The notes under the pieces: generated by a model
The model's database searches: none
The model's input: only the letters and a program-made list of their open reading frames with translations
Told to the model about the DNA's origin: nothing
Shown: positions 41,952 through 52,635 of the stretch, one piece after another
Numbering within the stretch: the first letter of the stretch is position 1
Layout: each line of letters starts with the position of its first letter
From: an uncultured Candidatus Rokubacteria bacterium
Lineage (GTDB): Bacteria > Methylomirabilota > Methylomirabilia > Rokubacteriales > CSP1-6
Assembly (NCBI GenBank): GCA_963758635.1
Contig: CAVWWD010000004.1
Location: 128,001 to 192,000, forward strand
Reading direction: 5' to 3'
DNA: 64,000 nucleotides
Made by a program: the position numbers and the translations under genes

Positions 41952-43034
41952 ATGCGCGTCCCCGAACGGCTCATCCGAAGCCAGCTCCAGTCCGTGCTCC
42001 GCGCCTGGGGCATGAGCGAGGCCCACGCCGAGACCACCGCCGACGTGATGACGGAGACCGATCTCCGCGGCGTGGACTCGCACGGGATCTCCATGCTGCC
42101 GACCTACGACCGCGAGTTCCGCGCGGGCCGGCTCAACGTGCGGCCGACCTTCCGCACCGTGCGCGAGGGGCCGGCCATGGCGCTGATCGACGCCGACGCC
42201 TCGCTCGGCCACGCGCCGAGCGTGCACGGCATGAACCTGGCCGTCGACAAGTGCCTGGTCTCGGGCGTCGCCGCGGTGACCGTCGTGAACTCACACCACT
42301 TCGGCGCGGCAGGGTGCTACGCGAAGATCGCGTCCGAGCGCGGCGTGATCGGCCTGGTGACCACGTCCACGCGCGGCGTGTCCCTCGTGCCCACGTTCGC
42401 TTCCGAGCCGATCATGGGCACCAACCCGATCGCCTTCGCCGCCCCCGCCCGCCGCAATCCCGCCTTCATCCTCGACATGGCGACGACGACGGTCGCGGCG
42501 GGGCGGGTGAAGGTGAAGAAGCTCAACCACCAGCCGCTGCCCGCGGGCTGGGTCGTGGACGGCGACGGCCGCGCGGTGACTGACGAGACGCAGGCCTTCC
42601 ACCAGGTGTTCGAGAGCCCGGACGGCGGCATCACGCCGCTGGGCGGCACGCGCGACCTCGGCAGCCACAAGGGCTACGGGCTCGCCGTGCTCGTCCACAT
42701 CCTCGCCGGCACGCTCACCGGCGCCTCGTTCTCGCCCATCCGGAACCGGACGCAGCGGCCGTCGGACCCGCACAACATCGGCCACTTCTTCCTCGCCATC
42801 GATCCGAAGGCGTTCCGGCCCGATGGCGGCTTCGAGGCGGACCTGGACCAGGTGCTCGACACGCTGCGGGGGGCGAAGCGCGCCGATCCCAGCCAGCCGG
42901 TGATGGTGGCGGGGGACCCGGAGCTCGCCACGCGCGCCGAGCGCAGCGAGGCGGGAATCCCGGTGCCGGACGACCTGATGGAGCAGCTCCGCGGAGTCGC
43001 CGCCGCGGCGAAGGTGCCGTTCGTCCTCGCCTGA
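41952..43034 (+). CDS. Ldh_2 (malate/L-lactate dehydrogenase family) oxidoreductase
   Basis: DLRGVDSHG, NSHHFGAAG, GTNPIAF, DMATT, HKGYGL. Confidence 0.92.
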   Translation: MRVPERLIRSQLQSVLRAWGMSEAHAETTADVMTETDLRGVDSHGISMLPTYDREFRAGRLNVRPTFRTVREGPAMALIDADASLGHAPSVHGMNLAVDKCLVSGVAAVTVVNSHHFGAAGCYAKIASERGVIGLVTTSTRGVSLVPTFASEPIMGTNPIAFAAPARRNPAFILDMATTTVAAGRVKVKKLNHQPLPAGWVVDGDGRAVTDETQAFHQVFESPDGGITPLGGTRDLGSHKGYGLAVLVHILAGTLTGASFSPIRNRTQRPSDPHNIGHFFLAIDPKAFRPDGGFEADLDQVLDTLRGAKRADPSQPVMVAGDPELATRAERSEAGIPVPDDLMEQLRGVAAAAKVPFVLA

Positions 43035-43049
43035 CCTGCACGGGCTCCT

Positions 43050-43164
43050 GGATCCCTCTCCCCTCTGGGGAGAGGGGAGGGTGAGGGGCCGTCGCACGTC
43101 CTGGCGCGCGAGCTCGTGCGCCCGACCCTCACCCTGACCCTCTCCCTGGGAGGGAGAGGGGATC
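43050..43164. repeat. REP-like doublet (CCCTCTCCC..GGGAGAGGG / CCCTCACCC family) between convergent genes
   Basis: GATCCCTCTCCCCTCTGGGGAGAGGGGAGGGTGAGGG and its inverted counterpart ending GGGAGAGGGGATC. Confidence 0.75.
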
Positions 43165-43166
43165 GG

Positions 43167-43686
43167 TCAGGAGCGCAGAAGGTCCAGGACGAGCGGGGCG
43201 AGCTGACGCGGCGCGCTCGTCCAGCTGGGTTTCGCCCAGCGTGGCGATGGGGTGGGGCGTGCTGAGGAACCGGAAGCCGGGCAGCCCCCAGGTGGCGGCC
43301 ATGGCGGCCGCGGTCTGACGGAAGGGATCGGTGATCACCGCGATCCCCGGAATCCCTCGCTCCTCGAACATCAGCGCGTCGAGCACACTGCTCGAGCTGC
43401 ACGACCCTCAGTCGCCGATGCCGGACACCACGAAGTCGCAGACGCGGCGCAGGGTGTCCGCGCTCTCCTCGGTGACGCCGTGGCTGGGCGACCGCTTGCG
43501 GTGCACGGTCACCACCGTCATGCCGTGCTCGCGGGCGAGGCGCGCGCCCAGCCGTTGCAGGAGCGCCTCGGAGTTGAACTTCGTGTTCTCGACCAGGCCC
43601 ACGCGGAGCCCGGCGAGAGCGGCGGGACGGCGGGCGAGGGTCACGCCGCGCGGGATCGGATCGCTCGTCGGATCGAAGAGCTTCAT
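43167..43686 (-). CDS. UGSC-family selenoprotein candidate (in-frame TGA 43408-43410; probable frameshift near 43210)
   Basis: ...VVSGIGD-TGA-GSCSSSVLDA...GIPGIAV...PHPIA, continuous frame across the TGA. Confidence 0.8.
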
Positions 43687-44702
43687 CGTGGATCTCCAGG
43701 CTCGATGGGAACGGTCACGCTGCGGGTCCACTTGTTGCCCCAGCCGGGCAGGCACGCCGACCAGCTTCCCGCCTCGCCGCCCGCGCGGACCAGGATGATG
43801 TCCTCCGGCCGCTCGAAGGCGTGCTTCCACGTGGTCTCGTCCCCCGGCTCGACCGCGCCCGGCCGCCGCCCCGCCCGCTTCAGGTCGGCCACGGTGCGGC
43901 GCGCGTGACGGACGAGGAACTCGCGCACCTCGGCCTTGCTCCACGTGCCCAGGACGTCGGCGTGCTCGCCGGCCAGGACGACGAGCGACTGGTTGAAGCC
44001 GCGGAGGTTCGGCGTGCCCAGGTTGCAGAGGGCGTCGGCGAAGCAGCGGAGGAGCGGCTCGGGCTCGGCGGCGAGCTGGTTGTAGACCTGGCAGAGGCTG
44101 TTCGACGCGTAGACGGTGACGGCGCTCTGCTCGACGCGGAGCCCGCGCTCGACGTGGAGCGGCTCCCACGGATGGCGCGTGTCGCTCTCCGCGAAGCAGA
44201 ACGAGTACTTCCCGGGGTTGCCGAGGGTCGCGCGGTCCAGCAGGCCCGGCCGCGTGCTCATCACGTTCATCATGGCCAGGCGCACGGCGCGGCCAATGGT
44301 GGCGTTGGCCCGCGTCCCTTGTCCGAACGCGTTGTTGCCCGCGTTGATGCCGATGCGCCGCCCGATGGGCCCGCTGACGATGAGGACCATGGCCGACCCG
44401 CCGGTGCTGCTCGCCGGCCCGTGATACGCGAAGTCCGGATGGCACAGCCCGCGCACCGCCGCCGCCACCACCGGGAAGTACTCGGGCCGGCACCCCGCCA
44501 TCACGGCGTTGATCGCCAGCTTCTCCGCTCCAACCACGACGCCGCGCTCCACGATCGCGCCCACGGTGTCGGTCGCCTCGAGCCGGGCGCCGGCCAGCAT
44601 CGCGGCGATCGACTCGTCCGTCGGCGGAACGACCGGCAGCCCGTCCGTCCAGCCCCGGTCGTAGTACGCCTCGATCAGCGCTGCGGGGTTCTCGTTGCTC
44701 AT
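43683..44702 (-). CDS. Conserved TDGLP-motif protein (UGSC-associated)
   Basis: GWTDGLPVVPPT, EKLAINAVMAGC.PEY, RANATIGRA, GNPGKY..CFAE. Confidence 0.85.
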   Translation of the reverse strand: MSNENPAALIEAYYDRGWTDGLPVVPPTDESIAAMLAGARLEATDTVGAIVERGVVVGAEKLAINAVMAGCRPEYFPVVAAAVRGLCHPDFAYHGPASSTGGSAMVLIVSGPIGRRIGINAGNNAFGQGTRANATIGRAVRLAMMNVMSTRPGLLDRATLGNPGKYSFCFAESDTRHPWEPLHVERGLRVEQSAVTVYASNSLCQVYNQLAAEPEPLLRCFADALCNLGTPNLRGFNQSLVVLAGEHADVLGTWSKAEVREFLVRHARRTVADLKRAGRRPGAVEPGDETTWKHAFERPEDIILVRAGGEAGSWSACLPGWGNKWTRSVTVPIEPGDPR

Positions 44703-44733
44703 GTCCGTGACGTGTGCCCGCTTGCGTCGGTCG

Positions 44734-46377
44734 CTAGCGCCATGCGTCGACCGAGGCGGTCTTCTGGTACGTCGCGCCCATGATGCGCCAGTACCCGTTG
44801 GTCTCGCCGCCGACGACCACCACGTGGATGTCCTCGCGGCGGAACATCGGGATCAGCTCGTCGGCAGCGGCCTTGAGCTTGGAGGCCCACGGCTCCTCGC
44901 CGAACGTGGCGCGCGGATAGATGTAGTTCTGGACGAGCTGGTAGTCCCAGTACTCGGCCGCGGGCAGGCGCGCCGTGTCGTGGAGCCAGTCGATCAGCGC
45001 GTCCTTCTTGGTGAAGCCGCCCCGATCCACGAACTGGCGCGCGGCGATCGGGTCCAGCAGCAGCACGGGCGGCACGCTCGGGTCCATGCCCTGGAGCAGG
45101 TGACGGACGTGCGCGCGCCAGTGGCGCTCGCGCAGGCCCAGGGTGAACGCGGTGGAGCGGCAGCCGGAGAAGACGCTCACCGCGCTGTCGCCGGGGGCGA
45201 GGCCGTGCTGGACGTGGAACGGCTCCCACGGGCTCCGCTCCTCGTTCTCCGCGAACGTCACGCTGTTGTACGCGTAGTTGTTGCCCTGGTTGCCCATGTA
45301 GCTGAGGCCGGGCACGGAGCCGCCCTGGAGGTTCTGGGACAGGAGGCCCCACGCGCGACCGATCGTCGCGTTGGCGTGGCTGTACGGGCCCATCGCGCCG
45401 ACGCCCGCGTTCATGCCGATCTCGGCCCGGACGGGGCCGCCGACCACGGCCATGGCGGCCATCGCGCTCGAGCTGCTGCTCCGCGCGGTGACGCCGGTGG
45501 ACGCGATGGCCAGGATCACCGGGAAGTACTCGGGGCGCGCCCCCGCCATCACCGCGTTCACGGCCACCTTCTCCACCGTGTACTCCCAGTGCTCGCGGAA
45601 GTGCGTCGAGCGCATGCGCCCGACGACCTCGTCTGGCTTCCGCCGCGTGCCCGCGAGCATGGCGGCCACGCGCGCCTCGGTGGGCAGCACGATGGGCAGG
45701 CAGTCCGTCCAGTGGTTGTCGAGGAAGAGCTGGTGCAGGCGCTCCTCGGGGGCCGGCGCGAGGAGGCGCGGCGTCGAACGGTCGAACTCGATGGGCCCGC
45801 CCTCGCCGGCATCGAACGGACGCGTCAGGCCCTCGACCACCTCCTGCATCACGGGCCGGCCGGTGAGGGGATCGGCGCCGTCGACGTAGGCGCGGAGCTC
45901 GGCCGCCGTCTTGCCCATGATGGGCTGCGGGACGAACACCTGGCGGAGGGCGGGCATGCCGCCGACCGTCGCCACCGAGCGCACCACACGGTCGAACTTG
46001 TCGGTGTGCACGGCCACGGTGGGAACGCCGTACGTCCCTTCGAGCGTCATCGCGTGCGCGGCGACCGCCGGCGCGCAGGTGCTTCAGTGGCCGACGCCGA
46101 GGATCGCGGCGTGGCCACGGGCGCGGATCTCCTCCCAGGTGGCGGGATCGTCGTTCAGGTAGACGCTCGACAGGCGCTTGACCACGGCCTGCACGCCGGG
46201 CATGTGGTCGGCGAACCACTGGCGCATCTGGCCCAGGAAGACGTCGGAGTCGTCGAAGCGGCAGTCGACCAGGTACACGGTCTTCCCGGCGAGCGTGGGC
46301 AGCCGCGGCGCGAGCTCCTTCTGGACGACCTTCGGGGCGAAGCCGGTGGGATTCAGCACCGTGATCTCGTGGGCCAT
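44734..46377 (-). CDS. UGSC-domain / TDGLP-domain fusion selenoprotein candidate (in-frame TGA 46084-46086)
   Basis: ...ILGVGH-TGA-STCAPAVAAHAM joins ORFs 46084-46416 and 44734-46050 in one frame; C-terminal WTDCLPIVLPT domain. Confidence 0.8.
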
Positions 46378-46455
46378 GGGCGATTCCTCCGGCGCGATTA
46401 TAGCTCCCGCGCGCACGGGCGACGGCCCCGCGCCCAGGGGCGCCGCGCTCGGCCG

Positions 46456-47049
46456 TCAGAGGCCGAGGCCGGCCAGCCCCCGGATGGTGACGGCCTCACC
46501 GATATGCGACGAGTTGTGCCGGAGCGCGGAGCTGGCGAGCTGGTCGGCGCGCGTCCAGCCGCGCCACGGGTACGGCTCGCCGGGCGTCCAGTCGCGAAAC
46601 GCGTCCGTCCCGGCGCGCGCGAGGTCCGCGTCGCCGATGACCTCGTCCCACGCCGGCGCGGACAGCGACTGGACGACCTCACGCGTGCGCAGGCCGACCG
46701 CGGTCCGGTACGCGCGCACGGCGCCCACGTCGGCGCGCGCGCTCATCTCGGCGACCTCGTCCTCGGTCATGCCGGTGCCGATGATGCGCCACGGGACGTT
46801 CATGCGGCGGATCCACTCCTCGTCGAGGACCTGCGGCCGCCCGGCCACGACGGGGTTGACGGCGGCGTCCTCCGTCCGCGCCATGTGCCAGAGGAGCCAG
46901 ACGAGCGAGTTGAGCCCCGGCCCCGGACGCAGTCGCATCTGGTCGTCGTCGAGCTCGCCGAAGACGCGCTGGGCCGGGAAGTCGCGGCCGCTCACCTCGC
47001 GAGCGTGCACCGCGGCATGCTGGGACAGGAAGAAGGTCAGGAGATCCAT
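46456..47049 (-). CDS. DinB family protein
   Basis: NSLVWLLWHMARTED, HNSSHIGE. Confidence 0.8.
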   Translation of the reverse strand: MDLLTFFLSQHAAVHAREVSGRDFPAQRVFGELDDDQMRLRPGPGLNSLVWLLWHMARTEDAAVNPVVAGRPQVLDEEWIRRMNVPWRIIGTGMTEDEVAEMSARADVGAVRAYRTAVGLRTREVVQSLSAPAWDEVIGDADLARAGTDAFRDWTPGEPYPWRGWTRADQLASSALRHNSSHIGEAVTIRGLAGLGL

Positions 47050-47158
47050 GGCGCCACCTCCGCTGCCGCCTTGACACCCCGCCGCGCGCGCTGCGATAGT
47101 GCACGGGCCCTGCGGGTCACGCGGGCGCCCACTCACTCCACCACGGGAGGTCCTTTCG

Positions 47159-47755
47159 GTGCGACCCACACTCGACGACGCCGCGCTCGACCTGATCCTG
47201 CGCGAGGCGCGCACGCAGAACGGCTGGCTCCCCACGCCCGTGACCGACGACCAGCTCCGGGCCATCTACGAGGTCGTGCGCACCGGGCCGACCAGCGCCA
47301 ACAGCTGCCCGGCGCGGTTCGTGTTCCTCCGCACGCCGGAGGCCAAGGCGCGCCTCCTGCCCGCGCTCGCCCCGGGCAACGTGGACAAGACCAAGGCGGC
47401 GCCGGTGACCGTGATCATCGGCTCCGACCTGCGGTTCTACGAGTTCCTGCCCACCAAGCTCTTCGCCCATCGCCCGGAGATGGCCGACAACTACGCGAAG
47501 AACGCGGCGCTCGCCGAGGTCACCGCGTTCCGGAACGGCACGCTCCAGGGCGCGTACTTCATGATCGCCGCCCGCGCCCTCGGCCTCGACGTGGGCGGCA
47601 TGTCCGGCTTCGACAACGCGAAGGTCGACGCCGAGTTCTTCCCGGGCGGGCGGATCAAGTCGAACTTCCTCTGCAACGTCGGCCACGGCGACCCCTCGAA
47701 GGTCCTGGCCAAGCTGCCGCGCCTCGACTTCGCGGAGGCCTGCACGCTCCTCTGA
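47159..47755 (+). CDS. Malonic semialdehyde reductase-like nitroreductase (RutE/YcdI family)
   Basis: EARTQNGW, GPTSANSCPARF, RNGTLQGAY, MSGFD, KLPRLDF; TTGACA at about 47071. Confidence 0.88.
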   Translation: MRPTLDDAALDLILREARTQNGWLPTPVTDDQLRAIYEVVRTGPTSANSCPARFVFLRTPEAKARLLPALAPGNVDKTKAAPVTVIIGSDLRFYEFLPTKLFAHRPEMADNYAKNAALAEVTAFRNGTLQGAYFMIAARALGLDVGGMSGFDNAKVDAEFFPGGRIKSNFLCNVGHGDPSKVLAKLPRLDFAEACTLL

Positions 47756-47769
47756 CCGCCCTCCGACAC

Positions 47770-47832
47770 GTTGCGCGAGTGCCTGCCCCCGGTGTTGCGC
47801 GTTGCGCGAGTGCCTGACTCCGATGTTGCGCT
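47770..47832. repeat. Two tandem 31-bp units related to the REP arm at 10172
   Basis: GTTGCGCGAGTGCCTG.C.CCG.TGTTGCGC twice; reverse complement GCAACATCGGAGTCAGG. Confidence 0.65.
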
Positions 47833-47861
47833 CGGATCGCGAATCAACAGCGGGTCGCGGA

Positions 47862-48009
47862 GGGCGACGGGGAGGCACCCCTGGGGTCGAGGGGCCCTTC
47901 CCCTCCTCCGGGCAACGGGGATCGCGCGCCCGGATGGAGCCCAGCCGCAACCGGGCAGCGGACGCGTGCGGCGTGGTTCCGCGACCCCAGGGGTGCCTCC
48001 CCGTCGCCC
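47862..48009 (-). repeat. Structured hairpin element family F, copy 2
   Basis: Core matches 17945-18094; closing stem differs but is fully paired. Confidence 0.75.
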
Positions 48010-48023
48010 GCCCTCGCGCGCAG

Positions 48024-49205
48024 CTACGAGACGAACTTGAACAGGCGCGCCGCGTTGCCGCCGAGGATCTTCGCGCGCTGCGGGTCGGTGAGCCGCCCCA
48101 TCGTCCGCTCGATGGCCTCGGCGGAGTGCGGCCACGTGCCTTCGTGGTGCGGGTAGTCGTTGCCCCACATCAGCGAGTCCACCAGGTCGTAGCGCTCGGC
48201 GAGGTCGAGGCCCGGCGGGTCCTCCTGGAACGAGGCGAACCCGTGGGCGCGGAAGAACTCGCTGGGCAGCATCTTGAGCTTCGGGCGCACCCAGAAGTGA
48301 TGCTTCCGGTACGCCTCGTCCATGGCGGTGAGGAGCCACGGCAGCCAGCCGATCCCCGCCTCGATGGTGGCGAAGCGGAGGCCGGGGAAGCGCTCGAGGA
48401 CGCCGGAGGCGCAGAGGTTCGCCACCGGCTCGATCGTGGGCGACAGCGAGTGCGAGACGTAGTTGATGACCGCGCCGCCGTTGCCGCGGGACGCGCGCGG
48501 ATCGCGGCCCGTCGACACGTGGAAGGTGATCGGCAGCCCCGTCTCCTGCACGAGCGCCCACAGCGGGTCGAACACGGGCAGGTTGTAGTTCGGATGCTCG
48601 ACGTCGTGCGCGCCCCAGATCGGCTTGCAGGGGAGCGTGAGGCAGCGGAAGCCGAGCTTGGCCACCCGCTCCACCTCGGCGAGGGAGCCCGGGAGGTCGC
48701 CGGTGGCGATGGCGGCGGCGGGCGACATGCGGTGGTTGTACGGCCCGAACGTCTCCCACGCCCACTCGTTGTAGGCGCGGCACTGCGCCATCGCGAACGC
48801 GGGGTCGGGCGTGGCCCACATCGACAGGCCCTTGTTCGGGAACAGCACCTCGCAGTCGATGCCGTCGGCGTCCATGTCGCGGAGCCGCTCCTCGGGGTCG
48901 GCGCCCGCCTTCGAGCGCAGCAGGTCCTCGCCCTCCAGGTCGGACAGCCGCAGGCGGTCGGGCCGGTGGCCCTCGGTGACGCGCCACTGCACGCCCTTGT
49001 CGTCGGTGATCACGCGCGGGAGGCGCTCGTGGTACTTCCGGTCCATGCGGCGGAGCCAGAGGTCCGCGGGCTCGTTGACGTGCGAGTCGGCGGACACGAC
49101 GAAGTACTTCTTCGGGTCGCCGGGGCGGGCGGTGCGCGGCCAGCCGGTGTGGCCGGGCGTCTCGAGCCGCCAGAGGTTCGGGGGATTGACCGTGACCGTG
49201 CTCAT
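48024..49205 (-). CDS. Amidohydrolase_2 family protein
   Basis: SADSHV, IEAGIGW, WGNDYPHHEG. Confidence 0.9.
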   Translation of the reverse strand: MSTVTVNPPNLWRLETPGHTGWPRTARPGDPKKYFVVSADSHVNEPADLWLRRMDRKYHERLPRVITDDKGVQWRVTEGHRPDRLRLSDLEGEDLLRSKAGADPEERLRDMDADGIDCEVLFPNKGLSMWATPDPAFAMAQCRAYNEWAWETFGPYNHRMSPAAAIATGDLPGSLAEVERVAKLGFRCLTLPCKPIWGAHDVEHPNYNLPVFDPLWALVQETGLPITFHVSTGRDPRASRGNGGAVINYVSHSLSPTIEPVANLCASGVLERFPGLRFATIEAGIGWLPWLLTAMDEAYRKHHFWVRPKLKMLPSEFFRAHGFASFQEDPPGLDLAERYDLVDSLMWGNDYPHHEGTWPHSAEAIERTMGRLTDPQRAKILGGNAARLFKFVS

Positions 49206-49385
49206 GCGCCACCTCCGGATGGAATGGAGAAGACCCGCGCTCGTCCCGCGGTCCGGCCCAGTGTACGGGAGGCGTCGCCCGCGGCGTCCACGGGGCCTTT
49301 CCCTCGCCCCCGGGCCGTGGCATGCTTTCGCAGGTCACGTGGCGTCCTCCACGCGTCCCTCACCGCACCCACAAGGAGGCAGGGC

Positions 49386-50003
49386 ATGATCTTCGAGGTT
49401 CGCACGTATCAGGTGAAGACCGGAAGTCTCGCCGAGGTCGAGAAGCGCTTCGGCGACGCCTACGAGCACCGGAAGAAGTACTCGCCGCTCGCCGGCTTCT
49501 TCCACACCGAGCTCGGGCCGCTCAACGAGATCATCCACGTCTGGCCCTACGAGAGCCACGCGGAGCGCGAGAAGGTCCGCGCCGCCGCCGCCAAGGACGC
49601 GAACTGGCCGCCGAAGATCCAGGAGTTCATCAGGACCATGAAATCCGAGATCCTGATCCCGGCCCCGTTCTGCCCCGAGGTGAAGCCGGGCAAGCTCGGG
49701 CCCTACTTCGAGGTGCGCCAGTACACCTTCCAGGCGGGCTCGCTGCCCGCGATCCTCGAGCGCTGGGGAGAAAAGCTGCCCGGCCGGCTGAAGTTCTCCC
49801 CGATCGCCTTCTGTGGCTCCAGCGACTTCGGCACGGCCAACAAGTGGGTGCACGTCTGGCCCTACGAGAGCCTCGACCAGCGCAACGCGGTGCGGGCGCA
49901 GGCGCGTGACGCGGGCGCGTGGCCTCCGGGCGCGCCTCCCGGCACGTTCCTCACCCAGCAGAGCAAGATCGTCATGCCGTCGGCGTTTTCGCCACTGCAG
50001 TAG
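49386..50003 (+). CDS. Tandem NIPSNAP protein
   Basis: FEVRTY...HVWPYES twice, PSAFSPLQ. Confidence 0.88.
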   Translation: MIFEVRTYQVKTGSLAEVEKRFGDAYEHRKKYSPLAGFFHTELGPLNEIIHVWPYESHAEREKVRAAAAKDANWPPKIQEFIRTMKSEILIPAPFCPEVKPGKLGPYFEVRQYTFQAGSLPAILERWGEKLPGRLKFSPIAFCGSSDFGTANKWVHVWPYESLDQRNAVRAQARDAGAWPPGAPPGTFLTQQSKIVMPSAFSPLQ

Positions 50004-50075
50004 GGCCGAGCCCGACCGCAGTCGATCACCCGCGCCCCGCGCGACGGACCGTCCGCCGCGCGGGGCGCGCCGTTT

Positions 50076-51155
50076 TCAGCGCGGGCCGGCGGCGGCGAAG
50101 GCGGGGAGGACCTGCTCGCCGAAGCGTCGCATCGACGCCACGATGCGCTCGTGGGGCAGGTAGCCGAAGCTGAGCTGGCAGAGGACGTGCCCGACGCCGA
50201 TCGCCCCGAGCTCCGCGAGCTGCTCCTTCACGCGGGCGGGCGTACCGCAGAGCGCGCCCGTCTCCAGCGACCACGTCACGCCGTCCTCCTCCGACACCGC
50301 CGGGTCCGTGAACGGGTTCAGCATGGCCGGGTCCACCTGGAAGTCCGGCGGGTTGTGCGCGCTGCGGGCGTGGTGCATGTGGCGGCGCGTGTGGCGCAGG
50401 GTCTCGGCCAGCTCGTCCTCGGCCTGGGCCTGGCTGTCCGCCACGTACACGTGACGCCACAGCGCCACCTCGCGCAGGAGGCGTGCGCGGTCGGCCTCGG
50501 GGTGGCCGCCCTCGGCCAGGCCCTGGGCGTAGAGGGCCAGGCGCTCGGGGATGCGGGCGGCCGGGATCCGCGCGGTCATGATGGGCGCGGCGAGCCGTCC
50601 GCACTCCCGGAACGACGCGGGCGTGACCACGCTGCGCCAGATCGGCGGATGCGGCCGCTGGTACACGCGCGGGCGGAGGGCGGGCAGGCGGGCCTGGAAG
50701 TACTTGCCCTCGTGCACGAACGGCGTCTCCGTCCACGCGCGGGTGAGCACGTCCAGGGCCTCGGCGGCGCGCTCGCGCGCGTCGTCGCTCCGGAGCCCGT
50801 AGCCCATGAACTCGTACTCGTTGTAGATGGACCCGCGACCCACCCCCACGTCGAGCCGGCCCCGGCTCAGGTTGTCGAGCAGCGACAGCTCGACGGCGAG
50901 GCGGACGGGATGGCGGAGCGCGAGCTGGATGACGGCGAACCCGATGCGCACACGCCGCGTGCGCGCGGCCACGGCGGCGGCGAACGGGATCGGGTCGCTG
51001 TAGACCGCCTCGCCGGTGAAGTTGTGCTCGGTGAGCCAGATGCCGTCGAAGCCGAGCTCCTCCGCGTAGCAGGCCTGCTCGAGCTGCTGGGCGACGGCGG
51101 CGTGATCCTCCTCGGGCGACGGGGAATGCGCGAGCGTGATCCAGCCGAATCGCAT
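50076..51155 (-). CDS. LLM-class flavin-dependent oxidoreductase
   Basis: GIWLTEHNF, LDNLSRGRL, PRVYQRPHPPIW. Confidence 0.9.
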   Translation of the reverse strand: MRFGWITLAHSPSPEEDHAAVAQQLEQACYAEELGFDGIWLTEHNFTGEAVYSDPIPFAAAVAARTRRVRIGFAVIQLALRHPVRLAVELSLLDNLSRGRLDVGVGRGSIYNEYEFMGYGLRSDDARERAAEALDVLTRAWTETPFVHEGKYFQARLPALRPRVYQRPHPPIWRSVVTPASFRECGRLAAPIMTARIPAARIPERLALYAQGLAEGGHPEADRARLLREVALWRHVYVADSQAQAEDELAETLRHTRRHMHHARSAHNPPDFQVDPAMLNPFTDPAVSEEDGVTWSLETGALCGTPARVKEQLAELGAIGVGHVLCQLSFGYLPHERIVASMRRFGEQVLPAFAAAGPR

Positions 51156-51539
51156 CGGGGCGTCTCCTTGGCCGCGCCCCATGCTACCCCACGTCGGCGC
51201 GCGCCGGGCGTGATGCCTCAGAAGTAGGTGTTGCCCGAGGAAGGCGATGTGTCCTCGCTCGCGACGACGGCCGCAGGGGAAGCGACTCAAACCCGTGGAG
51301 ATTCTAGTCATGGTTGCGGGTCGCTTTTGGCCGCGTGGAACCGCCGCCGGGTGAAGGGGGCCAGTGGGACGCCGAGCCCACCGCGAAGGGTGTGGGAATC
51401 GCGGTATCATCGCGCCTTGGCGCTCGGAGGATTGGATCGGCCCAGGCGCCGGGGCGAGGGGCGCCGAGCATCTGATGGAGAGGGACGTGAATCTGATCCG
51501 AGAGCGGCACCGACCCGTTCGAAGGCTCGGGCCGAGGTG

Positions 51540-52544
51540 ATGGGGCTCAGGCTCGCCCGCAGCAGCATCGTCGCGATCGCCCTCCTTGGGCTGCTCAGCC
51601 CGGTTGCGGCTGAGGCCCAGCAGGCAGCCAAGGTCGCTCGAATAGGCTACCTGGGCGACACCCCAGCCGCGGCCCCCCACTTGCGAGATGCCTTCCTCCA
51701 AGGTCTGCGTGATCTCGGCTACGTCGAGGGTCGCAACGTCGTGATCGAGTACCGATTTGCGGAGGGGAAGGCCGAACGGCTCCCCGCTCTCGCGGCCGAA
51801 CTGGTTGCGCTCAAAGTTGATGTCATCGTGGCCTCAGGAGGCACGCCCGGCGCCCTAGCTGCCAAGCAAGCGAGCAGCGTCCTCCCGATCGTCTTCCTCG
51901 GTGTTGGCGATCCGGTTACGAGCGGGCTCGTCACCAGCCTTGCGCGGCCGGGCGGAAATGTCACGGGGGTGACCAACGGCACCGTAGAACTGATCGGCAA
52001 GTGTCTGGAACTGCTCAAACAGGCCGTTCCTGGGATCAGTCGTGTCGCGGTCCTCCACGATCCAAATTCCTCCGACGAACACTCGAAGAAAGCCGTGCTG
52101 AAGAAGGCAGAACTTGCCGGTAAAGCGCTGGGGGTGCAGCTTCAATTCGTTGAGGCACGAGCTCCTGCCGATTTCGACGGGGCCCTCTCAAAAATGACCA
52201 GCGCTCGTGCGGCTGCTCTGACTGTGTTGACTAGCCGCATGTTCTTCAGTGAGCGCAGACGCCTCGTGGACGTGGTGGCAAAGAACCGCTTGCCGGCGGT
52301 GTACGGACTGAGGGAGTTTGTCGATGCCGGGGGCCTCATGACCTATGCGGCCGACTTTGCTGGTGTGTATCGGCGCGCCGCCACCTACGTGGACAAGATC
52401 CTCAGGGGCGCCACGCCCGCCGACCTGCCTGTTGAGGAGCCGACGAAGTTCGAGTTGGTCATCAACATCAAAGCGGTCAAGGCCCTCGGCCTGACGATCC
52501 CGCAGTCGGTGCTGGCACGGGCGGACCAGGTCGTCGAGAAATGA
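51540..52544 (+). CDS. ABC transporter substrate-binding protein (ABC_sub_bind type)
   Basis: GLRDLGYVEG, DPVTSGLVTSLARPGGN, PADLPVEEPTKFELVIN; codon usage less GC-biased than neighbours. Confidence 0.9.
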   Translation: MGLRLARSSIVAIALLGLLSPVAAEAQQAAKVARIGYLGDTPAAAPHLRDAFLQGLRDLGYVEGRNVVIEYRFAEGKAERLPALAAELVALKVDVIVASGGTPGALAAKQASSVLPIVFLGVGDPVTSGLVTSLARPGGNVTGVTNGTVELIGKCLELLKQAVPGISRVAVLHDPNSSDEHSKKAVLKKAELAGKALGVQLQFVEARAPADFDGALSKMTSARAAALTVLTSRMFFSERRRLVDVVAKNRLPAVYGLREFVDAGGLMTYAADFAGVYRRAATYVDKILRGATPADLPVEEPTKFELVINIKAVKALGLTIPQSVLARADQVVEK

Positions 52545-52562
52545 GGAAGTCGCGTGACGGCT

Positions 52563-52635
52563 CGAACCCTGACTTCAGCTTTCAGCGGACGGCACCTCGC
52601 GTTGCTCGGCGCCGCCGCTGAAGCTGGCGTTCCGC
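52563..52635 (+). other. attC-like imperfect palindrome
   Basis: GAAC...CAGC(T)TTCAGCGG(A)CGGCACC-loop-GGCGCCGCCGCTGAAGCTG..GTT, with extrahelical bases. Confidence 0.45.

Noticed and set aside
51280..51330. Imperfect palindrome AAGCGACTC...GGGTCGCTT
   Set aside because: Single occurrence and no family recognised; cannot tell an operator from chance.
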